Source: Chthoniobacterales bacterium (GTDB lineage: Bacteria; Verrucomicrobiota; Verrucomicrobiia; Chthoniobacterales; Chthoniobacteraceae). From it: 64,000 bases of DNA. Made by a program: the position numbers and the translations under genes. Of the stretch, positions 48,851 to 58,727 are shown piece after piece. The notes beneath the pieces are model-generated. The model did not search any database. It was given only the letters and a program-made list of their open reading frames with translations, and was not told the DNA's origin. The stretch lies in contig JBBQZX010000017.1 in the NCBI GenBank assembly GCA_038207335.1, forward strand, positions 32,001-96,000, written 5' to 3'. How positions within the stretch are numbered: position 1 is the first letter of the stretch; each line of letters opens with the position of its first letter.

Positions 48851-49924
48851 TCAAACGATGAAACGATACTGCGTCGTGGAGTCAAAAGTCTCGCCGGGGC
48901 GGAGGATCACGGAGGGGAAGGCCGGGTGGTTTGGCGAGTCGGGAAAGTGCTGCGTCTCAAGGCAGAAGCCGGTGCGGTGCGGGTGATGCGAGCCTCCTTT
49001 TCCGACCTCTTTTCCGTTGAGGAAATTGCCGGAGTAAAACTGGATGCCGGGCTCGGTGGTGAGGACTTCGAGCACGCGGCCGGAGCGCGGCTCGTGGACG
49101 CGCGCGGCGAGTTCCGGCTTTGCGCGTGTTGCGGTGTCGAGGACGAAATTGTGGTCGTAGCCGCCCGCACTTTTGAGCTGCTCATCCGCCGAGCCGATGC
49201 GCTCCCCAATGAGATGCGGCGTGCGAAAATCGAACGGCGTGCCGGCGACCTCGCGCAGCTCGCCGGTCGGGATGAGCGTGGCATCGATTGGTGTGAAGCA
49301 ATCGGCAAAAATGTTCAATTCGTGGTCGATGATTTCGCCGGCGGCGTGCCCGGCGAGGTTGAAATACGAGTGGTTCGTCAGGTTCAGCGGCGTCGGTTTG
49401 TCGGTCTCGGCGCGGTAGCGAATCTGGAGCGTATCGGCGGAGACGAGCGAGTAGGTCACCTTCACATGCAGCGTGCCAGGATAGCCCTCTTCGCCGTCGT
49501 GACTGATGAGCGAAAGTTCGAGTGTCGGAGTCGCCGGATCCTCTTTGGCGCTTGATTCCCATAACACGCGGTCGAATCCGTTCGGCCCTCCGTGCAGATG
49601 ATTCGGCCCGTTGTTTTTCGCAAGAGTGTAGGTGACGCCATCGAGCGTGAATGTGCCGCGCGCCGTGCGATTTCCGACGCGTCCGATCAGTGCGCCGAAA
49701 TGCGAGCGTCCGCCCACGTAGCCTGAGGCGTCGTCGTATCCGAGCACGACATCGGCGAGCTTTCCGTCGCGGTCCGGTGCCAAAACCGACGTGATCGCTC
49801 CCCCAAAATCCGTGATCGCAACGCGCAGTCCACGGGGATGCGTGAGCGTGTAGAGCATCGCGTTCTTCCCATCGGGGAGCTGGCCAAACGGTGCGCTAGA
49901 AACGGACTGGGAGGAGTCGGGCAT
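48851..49924 (-). CDS. galM: Aldose 1-epimerase (mutarotase)
   Basis: GRVGNR, NHLHGG, NLTNHSYFNL, GYDHNF, FCLETQHFPDSPN. Confidence 0.95.
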   Translation of the reverse strand: MPDSSQSVSSAPFGQLPDGKNAMLYTLTHPRGLRVAITDFGGAITSVLAPDRDGKLADVVLGYDDASGYVGGRSHFGALIGRVGNRTARGTFTLDGVTYTLAKNNGPNHLHGGPNGFDRVLWESSAKEDPATPTLELSLISHDGEEGYPGTLHVKVTYSLVSADTLQIRYRAETDKPTPLNLTNHSYFNLAGHAAGEIIDHELNIFADCFTPIDATLIPTGELREVAGTPFDFRTPHLIGERIGSADEQLKSAGGYDHNFVLDTATRAKPELAARVHEPRSGRVLEVLTTEPGIQFYSGNFLNGKEVGKGGSHHPHRTGFCLETQHFPDSPNHPAFPSVILRPGETFDSTTQYRFIV

Positions 49925-50023
49925 GAGGCAGGTTGCGACGCGGAAAATTGAGGGTCAATGCCGCGCGCGAGTCCAGCGGCTGATTGACGCATTCGGCGCG
50001 CTCCGCAAACTTCGCGGCCTCGC

Positions 50024-50869
50024 ATGGAAATCAAAAAAGCGCTCATCACTGCTGCAGGCACAAGCCAGCGCTCGCTGCCTTTGCAGACGCTCGTCGATCG
50101 CGATGGCGTCACGAAGACGGCGTTCGCGATCATCGTGGAAGAGATTTTGCGCGCGGGCATCGAGACGATCGGCGTGGTCATCGCGACGGGCGACGACGGC
50201 TCGTATCGCGAGGCGGCGGGGCGGCACGCGGAGCGGCTCACCTTCATTGAGCAGCCGCAGCCCCTAGGATACGCACACGCCATTCATTGCGCGGAAGCGT
50301 TTTGCGGCGACGACGCGTTTTTGCTGCTCGTCAGCGATCACCTGTATCTGAGCGCCACGGCGGTCGGTTGCGCGCAGCAACTCGTCGAAATCGCGCGCCT
50401 CGAAAACTGCTCCGTCTCCGCCGTGCAATCGACGCACGAGAGCCAGCTCCGCTACTACGGCGCGGTCGGCGGCAAGCTCGTGAACGCGGCGCAGCGGCTC
50501 TACCAAGTCGAGGCGGTGCTCGAAAAACCGACGCCGACGGAGGCCGAGCAAAAGCTCGACGTGCCGGGTTTGCGCGCTGGTTTTTATCTCTGCTTTTTCG
50601 GGATGCACGTCCTCACGCCGACCGTACATCGCGTGCTCCGCGAGCTTTTCTCCGGGAGTAAAAATGCGCCGGCGATCAACTTCCGCGCGGCTCTGGCAAA
50701 GCTCGCGGCTCAGGAGCGCTACCTCGCTTGCGAGCTGGAGGGACGGCGCTTCGACTTCGGTGTGAAATACGGATTGCTCACCTCGCAGCTCGCGCTCGCG
50801 CTCTCCGGCAACGACCGCGATGAGGTGCTCGCCGGGCTCGTGGAATTGCTCGCGACCAAACTGAAGTGA
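50024..50869 (+). CDS. GalU-like sugar-1-phosphate nucleotidyltransferase (divergent)
   Basis: [34 protein letters not shown]; lacks the canonical GLGTRFLP.TK motif. Confidence 0.8.
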   Translation: MEIKKALITAAGTSQRSLPLQTLVDRDGVTKTAFAIIVEEILRAGIETIGVVIATGDDGSYREAAGRHAERLTFIEQPQPLGYAHAIHCAEAFCGDDAFLLLVSDHLYLSATAVGCAQQLVEIARLENCSVSAVQSTHESQLRYYGAVGGKLVNAAQRLYQVEAVLEKPTPTEAEQKLDVPGLRAGFYLCFFGMHVLTPTVHRVLRELFSGSKNAPAINFRAALAKLAAQERYLACELEGRRFDFGVKYGLLTSQLALALSGNDRDEVLAGLVELLATKLK

Positions 50870-53800
50870 GCCAGCTTCTCTGCATCATCACGGCGGAGGA
50901 TGCGGCGCTGCGCGACCGGTCGCTCGACGAAATTTGCCTCGCGCTATCGTTCGAGGAATTGCGCGCGGAGGCGGCGGCACTCGATGCGTTTCGGCGACAG
51001 AGCGAGAATCTTTACGAGCGGGTCCGCGCACTCTTTTTTCTGTATGCGATCCATCGCTTCCATCTGCCGGCGCGCGCGGAATTGCAGGCGAGCGGGCAGA
51101 TCCCGTTTCACGGTTACGAGCATCTGCTGCAGCGGCGCTTCGAGGAGGCGATCGACGTTTTTTTAACTGCGCAAAATGCGAATGGGCCGAGCGACGCGCT
51201 GAGCAGCGCGCTCGCGGCGGCGTATCATCGGCTCGCGTTTCAGACGCTCGCGGATCAGGTCAGACGCAGCGTTCGCGGGGTGCGGGGGAATCAGTGGATG
51301 TTTCGAATGGGGCATCCGAAAGATCAGCCGCTGAAGATTCGCGACGAGCTGCTTCGTCGAAATGGGGAGGACGATGCATTCCCGATTTTGCGCGAGCGCA
51401 CGCCGGTGCGAATGGACCTGACTCACAGCGCGTGGAGCGACATTTTTTTCCTCGGAATGGACTACCCCGAGGGCGCGAAAGTGCTGAATGTCTCGGTCGA
51501 TCTCGGCGTGCATGGACGCGATTCGGCGACGCAACCGCCCGTCTCGGCGTGGCTGCGCGTGATCGAAGAGCCGGTTCTAAGGCTCGTGAGCGTGGACCTC
51601 GGCGTTCGCGCGGAGATCGCCAATCTCGCGGAGGTTTTCGACTTCGCGAAAGACTACCTCGGCCTGCTCAAGGCGGCGGTGATCGCGTCGGGACTCGTGC
51701 CGCCGGGGATCGAAGGGTCAGGGCAAAGTCTCGCAGATTTGCTCGCGACGATGGTCGGGCCGGGGCGCGGGCTGGAGCTCGTGAGCTCGGTGAATGACAT
51801 CCCGAAAGGCTCGCGGCTCGCGGTCTCGACGAACCTGCTCGCGGCGCTCGTGAGCGTCTGCATGAGGGCGACGAGCCAGGCTGAATCGCTGACCGGCGAG
51901 CTGAAGGAAAGCGAGCGGCGGCTGGTGCTGGCGCGCGCGCTTTTCGGCGAATGGATCGGGGGCAGCGGAGGCGGCTGGCAGGATTCCGGCGGCGTGTGGC
52001 CGGGAATGAAACTGATCGAGGGCGTGGCTGCGCAGACGGGCGATGCGGAGTGGGGCGTGAGCCGCGGACGGTTGATGCCGAAACATCGCATCCTCGACGA
52101 GGCGGATGCGTCGGCGGAAACGCGGAAGAAGTTGCAGGAAAGTCTCGTGCTCGTTCACGGCGGGATGGCGCAAAATGTCGGGCCGATTCTCGAGATGGTG
52201 ACGGAGAAATATCTGCTGCGGAGCGCGGCTGAATGGCGCGGGCGAGCGGAGGCGCTCGGCATCCTCGGCGACATCCTCGATGCGCTGCGCGACGGCGACA
52301 TCGCGCACGTCGGCGAGGTGACGACACGCAATTTTCAGGGGCCGATTCAGACGATCATTCCGTGGGCTTCGACGTTTTACACGGAGCGGTTGATCGAGCA
52401 GGTGCGCGCGGAATTCGGCTCGGATTTCTGGGGCTTTTGGATGCTCGGCGGAATGTCCGGCGGCGGGATGGGTTTTATCTTTGCGCCCGAGAAAAAAGCA
52501 GCCGCGCAGAAGCGGCTGCAGGAGATTATGAGCGCGACGAAGCGCGAACTGGAGCACGCGCTGCCGTTCGCGATGGAGCCGGTGGTGTATGACTTTTCGA
52601 TCAATGAGCGCGGGACTTTTGCCGACCTCCGCGCGGGTGCGAACGCGCTGATGCCTGCGGGATATTACGCGCTGACCGTGCCGGAATTGCTACGGCAGGA
52701 TCGCCGCACGCTCTCGCCGATGCGGCGCGCGGAGCTGGATAAATTCGGCGCGGCGTGCCGGACGAAGCCGGAACTTCGCGGGATGGTGCAGACGCTTTTC
52801 GACGCGATGCTGCCGCGCGGGAAAGCGGAGGCGTCGGGCGGGGAAAATCTCGCGGCGCTTCTGGCCGAGCACGGCTTCGATGCGAAGCAGCACGAGCAGA
52901 TTCGCGGGCAGCTCCGCGAGGGGCGCATTGGGCTCGCGCAGAACCGGCTGCCGGCGAATTCGGTGATCGAGGACGTGCAGCCCGGCGACGTTTTCGATGC
53001 GACGAATTTCGACTCGAAAACGGCGCGGGACATTGGCCTCGCGGCACTGCGCTCGGGCGAGGTCGCGGTCGTCACGCTCGCCGCCGGCGCGGGGTCGCGC
53101 TGGACGCAGGGCGCGGGAGTCGTGAAGGCGCTGCATCCTTTCTGCAAGCTGCACGGACGGCATCGCACCTTCCTCGAAACGCACCTCGCGAAGAGCCGCA
53201 AAATCGGGCGGCTGGCGGGCACGGAACTGCCTCACATTTTCACGACAAGCTATCTCACGCACGGACCGACGGCGGCGTTTTTGGAGCAGGAGAAAAATTA
53301 CGGATACAACGGGCCGCTGTTTCTTTCGCCGGGCAAAAACGTGGGGCTCCGGATGGTGCCGACGGAGCGGGATTTGCGGTTCGCGTGGGAGGAGATGCCG
53401 CAGCAGATGCTCGATGAGCAGCAGCAGAAAGTGCGGCAGAGTTTGCGCGCAGCGCTGATCGGCTGGGCGCGCGCCAGCGGCGAGGCGAGCGACTACACGG
53501 ACAATCTCCCGCTGCAATGTCTGCATCCGGTCGGGCATTGGTTCGAAGTGCCGAATCTGCTTCGCAATGGCACGCTCGCGCGACTGCTCGCGGAGCGACC
53601 GCAGACGCGATTTTTAATGCTGCACAATATCGACACGCTGGGCGCGAATGTTGATCCCGCGTTGCTCGGACGGCACATCGGGTCGGGCGCGTGCCTCACT
53701 TTCGAAGTCATCACACGGCGGCTGGAGGATCGCGGCGGCGGGCTGGCGCGGGTGAATGGAAGGGTGCGGCTCGTGGAGGGGCTCGCGATGCCGCGCGAGG

Positions 53801-54186
53801 AGGCGGAATTTGCGTTGAGCTATTACAATACGCTCACGACTTGGATCGATCTCGACCGGCTGCTCGCGGCGTTCGGACTCACGCGGGCGGAGCTTTCCGA
53901 CGACGAAAAAGTGGCGCAGGCGATCCGTAGTCTCGCGGCGAAGATGCCAACTTACATCACGCTGAAAGACGTGAAGAAGCGTTGGGGTCATGGCCAGGAG
54001 GATGTTTTCCCGGTGACGCAATTCGAAAAACTGTGGGGCGACATGAGCGCGCTGCCGGAGATCGACACGCGGTTCGCAGTAGTGCCGCGGATGCGCGGGC
54101 AGCAGCTCAAGGATCAGGCGCAGCTCGACGCGTGGCTGCGCGACGGGTCGGCGGCGTGGATCGAGGGGCTGTGCGATTGGGGCTAG
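50866..54186 (+). CDS. GHMP sugar kinase / UDPGP-family pyrophosphorylase fusion
   Basis: [37 protein letters not shown] (GHMP-like), then [24 protein letters not shown] (UDPGP-like). Confidence 0.8.
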   Translation: MSQLLCIITAEDAALRDRSLDEICLALSFEELRAEAAALDAFRRQSENLYERVRALFFLYAIHRFHLPARAELQASGQIPFHGYEHLLQRRFEEAIDVFLTAQNANGPSDALSSALAAAYHRLAFQTLADQVRRSVRGVRGNQWMFRMGHPKDQPLKIRDELLRRNGEDDAFPILRERTPVRMDLTHSAWSDIFFLGMDYPEGAKVLNVSVDLGVHGRDSATQPPVSAWLRVIEEPVLRLVSVDLGVRAEIANLAEVFDFAKDYLGLLKAAVIASGLVPPGIEGSGQSLADLLATMVGPGRGLELVSSVNDIPKGSRLAVSTNLLAALVSVCMRATSQAESLTGELKESERRLVLARALFGEWIGGSGGGWQDSGGVWPGMKLIEGVAAQTGDAEWGVSRGRLMPKHRILDEADASAETRKKLQESLVLVHGGMAQNVGPILEMVTEKYLLRSAAEWRGRAEALGILGDILDALRDGDIAHVGEVTTRNFQGPIQTIIPWASTFYTERLIEQVRAEFGSDFWGFWMLGGMSGGGMGFIFAPEKKAAAQKRLQEIMSATKRELEHALPFAMEPVVYDFSINERGTFADLRAGANALMPAGYYALTVPELLRQDRRTLSPMRRAELDKFGAACRTKPELRGMVQTLFDAMLPRGKAEASGGENLAALLAEHGFDAKQHEQIRGQLREGRIGLAQNRLPANSVIEDVQPGDVFDATNFDSKTARDIGLAALRSGEVAVVTLAAGAGSRWTQGAGVVKALHPFCKLHGRHRTFLETHLAKSRKIGRLAGTELPHIFTTSYLTHGPTAAFLEQEKNYGYNGPLFLSPGKNVGLRMVPTERDLRFAWEEMPQQMLDEQQQKVRQSLRAALIGWARASGEASDYTDNLPLQCLHPVGHWFEVPNLLRNGTLARLLAERPQTRFLMLHNIDTLGANVDPALLGRHIGSGACLTFEVITRRLEDRGGGLARVNGRVRLVEGLAMPREEAEFALSYYNTLTTWIDLDRLLAAFGLTRAELSDDEKVAQAIRSLAAKMPTYITLKDVKKRWGHGQEDVFPVTQFEKLWGDMSALPEIDTRFAVVPRMRGQQLKDQAQLDAWLRDGSAAWIEGLCDWG

Positions 54187-54242
54187 CCGTCGGCGTCCCC
54201 GCCTCCTTATCTGGTGCAAAAGTGCCCGACGACTCGCATCGT

Positions 54243-54265
54243 GACAGCCGGGACGGCTGTCTTCC
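54243..54265. repeat. REP-like hairpin (single copy in window)
   Basis: GACAGCCG-GGA-CGGCTGTC followed by TTCC. Confidence 0.4.
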
Positions 54266-54335
54266 GTACGCGTGGCATCACATGCAGTTTTCGGTTGTCA
54301 GGGAAAATCGGAATCGGTTAAACCGTCGCCCACTT

Positions 54336-54704
54336 ATGAATCGACGTTTCGTTCCAGCCGTTTTGGTTACGGCAGTTGGCCTTCTCACGGCTTGCAATAA
54401 CACGCCTCCAAAACAGCATGGCCAGCGGCCACCGTATCATCCCCCGGTGACGCAGGATGAACCCATGGATCGCCCGGTGCGCCACGATGAGCCAGAGCCC
54501 GCGCCGCCTACAAACAACGATCCCGTCGTTCCGCCGACCGCCCCGACTGTTGGGAACCCCGAATACGGCAAGAAAGTCGCCGGAAAAGATGGCTTCGTTA
54601 CGAGCCCCTACGCGCCTTCCTCAGGCTATGTCGATGTCCGCGGATTTCCGCCCGGGACGGAAGTGAAGGACCCCTACACAGGCAAGATTTTCCTCGTCCC
54701 GTAA
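54336..54704 (+). CDS. Proline-rich lipoprotein of unknown function
   Basis: Lipobox LTAC; C-terminal GFVTSPYAP..GYVDVRGFPPGTEVKDPYTGKIFLVP domain. Confidence 0.8.
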   Translation: MNRRFVPAVLVTAVGLLTACNNTPPKQHGQRPPYHPPVTQDEPMDRPVRHDEPEPAPPTNNDPVVPPTAPTVGNPEYGKKVAGKDGFVTSPYAPSSGYVDVRGFPPGTEVKDPYTGKIFLVP

Positions 54705-54731
54705 ACGGCTCGCAGGTCGCAAGAAATTCCC

Positions 54732-54774
54732 GACCCCGGCTCGTGGCACAGCGCTGCGAGCCGGGGTCTTTTGT
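54732..54774 (+). terminator. Terminator-like hairpin immediately upstream of tyrA
   Basis: GACCCCGGCTCG...CGAGCCGGGGTC stem followed by TTTTGT. Confidence 0.65.
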
Positions 54775-54777
54775 CGC

Positions 54778-55632
54778 ATGAAGAAAGTCGCAATCCTCGG
54801 CCCCGGACTTCTCGGCGGCTCGATCGCGCTCGCGTTGCACGCGCGCGACGGAGTGTCCGTCGCGATGTGGGCCCGGCGAGCGGAGGCTGCGGCAGAGGTG
54901 GTGGAAAAAGGAGTCGCGGAGTTTGCTTCGAGCGACCTCGCTGAGGTCGTGCGCGATGCGGACGTCGTCGTTTTTTGCACGCCTGTCGGCGCGATGCCGG
55001 CGCTCGCGCGCACGATCGCTCCGCTGATTCCTCCGGGCGCGCTCGTCACCGATGTCGGCAGCGTCAAAGCGGCGGTGGCCGCGGAACTCGCGCCCATTTT
55101 CAAAGGCAAGGCGCGCTTCGTTGGGAGCCATCCGATGGCCGGTTCGGAGCAGGCGGGGCTCGATGCCGCGCGGGCGGAGCTCTTTGTGGGAGCGACTTGC
55201 ATCGTCACGCCCGATGCGGATTCGCAAACGAAGGCAGTCGCGGAGGTCTGCGCATTTTGGGAAATGCTCGGCTGCACGGTGGCGCGACTTTCTCCTCAGG
55301 CACACGACGAAGCCGTCGCACTCGTTAGCCACTTTCCGCATCTTCTCGCAGCCTCACTCGTCGAGATGGTCGCCGGTGAAAACGCCGCTGCACTCGCGCT
55401 GTGCGGACCGGGTTTTCGCGACACCACGCGGGTCGCGAGCGGTCCGCCGGCGATGTGGACCGAGATCCTGCAAACCAACCGCGCGGCGGTGCAAAAATCC
55501 GCGGAGGCAATGATTGAAAAGCTCCGCGAAATCATAACACTCCTCGGCCCGGCAGCCCCGAAACACGCGATGCACGACTTTCTCACCCAAGCAAAAAACC
55601 GGCGCGACTCGCTGCGCCGCACCGACCGATGA
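54778..55632 (+). CDS. tyrA: Prephenate/arogenate dehydrogenase
   Basis: GPGLLGGS, TDVGSVK, GSHPMAGSE, HD..VA.VSH.PH, GFRDTTR. Confidence 0.93.
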   Translation: MKKVAILGPGLLGGSIALALHARDGVSVAMWARRAEAAAEVVEKGVAEFASSDLAEVVRDADVVVFCTPVGAMPALARTIAPLIPPGALVTDVGSVKAAVAAELAPIFKGKARFVGSHPMAGSEQAGLDAARAELFVGATCIVTPDADSQTKAVAEVCAFWEMLGCTVARLSPQAHDEAVALVSHFPHLLAASLVEMVAGENAAALALCGPGFRDTTRVASGPPAMWTEILQTNRAAVQKSAEAMIEKLREIITLLGPAAPKHAMHDFLTQAKNRRDSLRRTDR

Positions 55633-56960
55633 GCGACTGGAAAATCCGCCGCGCACCGGCAATCCAAACCGAGATCACCGTCCCCGGCGACAAGAGCATC
55701 TCGCACCGCTCCGTCATGCTCGCGGCCATGACAAATGGCCCGTGCGTCATCCGCGGCTTCCTGCCGAGCGAGGACTGCCTGTGCACCGTCTCGGCAATGC
55801 GCGCCCTCGGCATCGAAGTCGAAAACGTCGATTCTACCACGCTCGTCGTGCACGGTAGGCGAGGCGTTTTCACCGCGCCGACACGCGACATCGATTGCGG
55901 AAACTCCGGCACCACCATGCGCCTCATCGCCGGCATCCTCGCGGGGCAGCCATTCCGCTCGCGGCTCATCGGCGACGCGTCGCTCTCGAAACGCCCGATG
56001 CGCCGCGTCATCGAGCCGCTCACCGAGATGGGCGCCAAGATCACGGCTGAGGGAAAAGACGGGCGCCCACCGCTGCTCATCGAGGGCTCGAAGCTCAAGC
56101 CGATCCAATACTTCTCCCCTGTCTCCAGCGCGCAGGTGAAAAGCGCGGTGCTCCTCGCTGGCATGTTTGCCAGCGGAAAGACTAGCGTCACCGAGCCCAC
56201 ACAGAGCCGCGACCACACGGAGCGAATGCTCGAGTATTTCCTCGTCCGCCCGAAAAAAGAGGACCTCACCGTCAGCATCCATGGCGGGCAGACGCCCGAG
56301 TCGCGCGACTTCGACGTGCCAGGCGACATCTCCAGCGCGGCATTTTGGCTCGTCGCCGCCGCGGCGCATCCTCACGCCGAAGTGCTCGTGAAAAACATCG
56401 GCCTCAATGAAACCCGCAACGGCGTGCTCGCCGTGCTTTTGCGAATGGGCGCACACATCCGCGTGGTGGTTGAAAATGAGGAGGCCGAGCCGACGGGGTC
56501 GATCAAGCTCACCGGCACGCGCCTGAAGGCCACGACCATCGCTGGGAAGGAAATCCCGAACGTCATCGACGAGCTTCCGATCCTCGCGGTCGCCGGTGCG
56601 CTCGCGACGGGCAAGACGATCATCACGGACGCGAAGGAGTTGCGCGTGAAGGAGACCGACCGTATCGCGGCGATCGCTACCAATCTCCGCGCGATGGGCG
56701 CGCAAGTCACCGAGACCGAGGACGGGATGGAGATCACCGGCGGCGCGCCTCTCCACGGCGCGCGCCTCGAGAGCTTCGGCGATCATCGCATCGCAATGGC
56801 CTTTGCCATCGCCGGCCTTTTTGCCGAAGGCGAAACGACGATCGTGGATACCGCTTGCGTCGGCACCTCCTACCCCGGCTTCTTCGAGCAGCTCGGCCAC
56901 ATCATGCGCGACCCACGCCAGCCGCACACGCCCGTCTTCTCCGGCGCGCCGCACATCTAA
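55629..56960 (+). CDS. aroA: EPSP synthase
   Basis: PGDKSISHR, GNSGTTMR, SAQVKS, RDHTE, ELRVKETDR, DHRIAM. Confidence 0.97.
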   Translation: MSDWKIRRAPAIQTEITVPGDKSISHRSVMLAAMTNGPCVIRGFLPSEDCLCTVSAMRALGIEVENVDSTTLVVHGRRGVFTAPTRDIDCGNSGTTMRLIAGILAGQPFRSRLIGDASLSKRPMRRVIEPLTEMGAKITAEGKDGRPPLLIEGSKLKPIQYFSPVSSAQVKSAVLLAGMFASGKTSVTEPTQSRDHTERMLEYFLVRPKKEDLTVSIHGGQTPESRDFDVPGDISSAAFWLVAAAAHPHAEVLVKNIGLNETRNGVLAVLLRMGAHIRVVVENEEAEPTGSIKLTGTRLKATTIAGKEIPNVIDELPILAVAGALATGKTIITDAKELRVKETDRIAAIATNLRAMGAQVTETEDGMEITGGAPLHGARLESFGDHRIAMAFAIAGLFAEGETTIVDTACVGTSYPGFFEQLGHIMRDPRQPHTPVFSGAPHI

Positions 56961-57623
56961 ATGAGCGCCGAAGCGCACCTCGTCATCGCCATCGACGGCC
57001 CCGCGGCGTCCGGCAAAAGCAGCGTCGCGCGCGCCCTCGCCCGCCGCCTCGGATACCTCTACGTGAATACCGGTGCCATGTATCGCGCCATCACCTGGCA
57101 CATCGTCGCCGCCGGGCTCGACACCTCCGACCCCGCCGCCGTCCTTCCCGTGTTTGAAAAGGCCGACGTCCGCTGCGGCACACGCGGGCTAGAGAGCGAA
57201 ATCCTCATCGACGGCAAAGACCCCACGCCGCACCTCCTCGACGAGGCGGTCATCGCCAACGTCTCCAACATCGCCACGATCCCCGAAGTCCGCGCCCGGC
57301 TCGTCGCGCTCCAGCGCGCGTACTCCGCCGAGGCCGACCTCGTCATGGAGGGTCGCGACATCGGCACCGCGGTCTTTCCCGAGACGCCGTATAAATTCTA
57401 CATCGACGCCTCGCCGGAAGTCCGCGCCCAGCGCCGCTCGCGGCAAGGCATCGCCGACACCATCAGCGCGCGCGACCGGCAGGACAGCACCCGCCGCGTC
57501 TCCCCCCTCACCATCGCCGAGGACGCGCACGTCATCGACAGCTCCCACCTCACCATCGACGGCGTCGTCGGCGAGATCATCGGGCGGCTCAAGATGAAAG
57601 GCCTCGACCTCGGCGACCGCTGA
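56961..57623 (+). CDS. cmk: Cytidylate kinase
   Basis: IAIDGPAASGKS, TGAMYRA, EGRDIGT.VFP. Confidence 0.96.
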   Translation: MSAEAHLVIAIDGPAASGKSSVARALARRLGYLYVNTGAMYRAITWHIVAAGLDTSDPAAVLPVFEKADVRCGTRGLESEILIDGKDPTPHLLDEAVIANVSNIATIPEVRARLVALQRAYSAEADLVMEGRDIGTAVFPETPYKFYIDASPEVRAQRRSRQGIADTISARDRQDSTRRVSPLTIAEDAHVIDSSHLTIDGVVGEIIGRLKMKGLDLGDR

Positions 57624-58252
57624 TGGGCGCGATTTACCAGACCGGCTACCACCTCGCGCGCTTCATCGGGCGCACCTTCTTCGACTACCGCGTCATCCAC
57701 CGCCAGCGCATCATCGAGGAGGGCCCAGCCATTCTGGCCATGAACCACGAGAGCTATCTCGATCCCCCGCTCGCCGGCATCGCCTGCCGCCGCGAGATCT
57801 ACTACCTCGCGCGCAAGACCCTTCTCGCGGCCCCCATCCTCGGCCCCCTCCTGCCCGACATGAACGTCGTCCCCATCGATCAGGAGCGCGCCGACATGAG
57901 CGCACTAAAGTCACTCATCAAAATCATCCGCGCCGGCCATTGCAGCGTCATCTTTCCCGAGGGCTCGCGCACCCTCGATGGCCGGCTCCAGCCTGCGCAA
58001 CCCGGCGTCGGCCTCGTCATCGCCAAGACCCTCGCCCCCGTCGTCCCCATGCGCATCTTTGGAGCGCACCAAGCCTTTCCTCGCGGGGGAAAACCGCGCC
58101 TCTTCACCCCCATCACCCTCGTCGTCGGCGAGCCGATCATCTTCACAAAAGCCGACCTCATCGGCGAAGGCCGCGAGCTCTACCAGCACCTCAGCGAACG
58201 AGTCATGGAGCGCATCGCCGCCATCACCGCCGAAGACGCGGGCATTTTGTAA
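57623..58252 (+). CDS. plsC: 1-acyl-sn-glycerol-3-phosphate acyltransferase
   Basis: NHESYLD (HX4D), FPEGSR. Confidence 0.9.
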   Translation: MGAIYQTGYHLARFIGRTFFDYRVIHRQRIIEEGPAILAMNHESYLDPPLAGIACRREIYYLARKTLLAAPILGPLLPDMNVVPIDQERADMSALKSLIKIIRAGHCSVIFPEGSRTLDGRLQPAQPGVGLVIAKTLAPVVPMRIFGAHQAFPRGGKPRLFTPITLVVGEPIIFTKADLIGEGRELYQHLSERVMERIAAITAEDAGIL

Positions 58253-58278
58253 CCGGGATCGGCGATCCCGGCTACAGC
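58248..58278. repeat. GTAG-type REP palindrome
   Basis: TGTAACCGGGATC-GGC-GATCCCGGCTACA; its reverse complement matches 43211-43235 at 24/25 positions; overlaps the plsC TAA stop. Confidence 0.75.
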
Positions 58279-58281
58279 TCG

Positions 58282-58725
58282 CTAGTCCAAAACGTGCCCG
58301 CGCCAGCGGCGCTTCGGAGCCTCCGGAGCTGTGGGAGAGCTGGCTGCGACAGGCACCGCCGTCACTGCAGAGGCGGTTGGGGCCGCTGTCACCGTCACGT
58401 CGCCGATTTGGCGGATCGCCACGTTCAGCGCCATCTTCAGCGCGGGATAATTCACGCTCTGCTCGGCCAGCACATTGAACGTGAAGCCCGGTCGACGGCG
58501 GCTGATGAGCCAGTGACTCTCGAATTTCACCACCAACTCGTTCACCGCGTCGATGTGCGGCTCGGCGGCTTCGCTGATGCCGTTCAGCCGGCGTCCGATC
58601 TCGGAGAAAATGGAGTCTGCGTAAACCTCCGGCATGTCTCGGGAAGCGAGCGCGCCGTCTGGCGTCAGCACGAAACTTCCGAACACACCGGGGATGTCTT
58701 TGAGCGCTTTGAGGACTTGATTCAT
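58282..58725 (-). CDS. Roadblock/LC7 (MglB-like) domain protein
   Basis: L..LKDIPGVFGSFVLTPDG.L...MP, ELVVKFE, VNYPAL.MALN; Ala/Pro linker and KRRWRG tail. Confidence 0.8.
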   Translation of the reverse strand: MNQVLKALKDIPGVFGSFVLTPDGALASRDMPEVYADSIFSEIGRRLNGISEAAEPHIDAVNELVVKFESHWLISRRRPGFTFNVLAEQSVNYPALKMALNVAIRQIGDVTVTAAPTASAVTAVPVAASSPTAPEAPKRRWRGHVLD

Positions 58726-58727
58726 AG

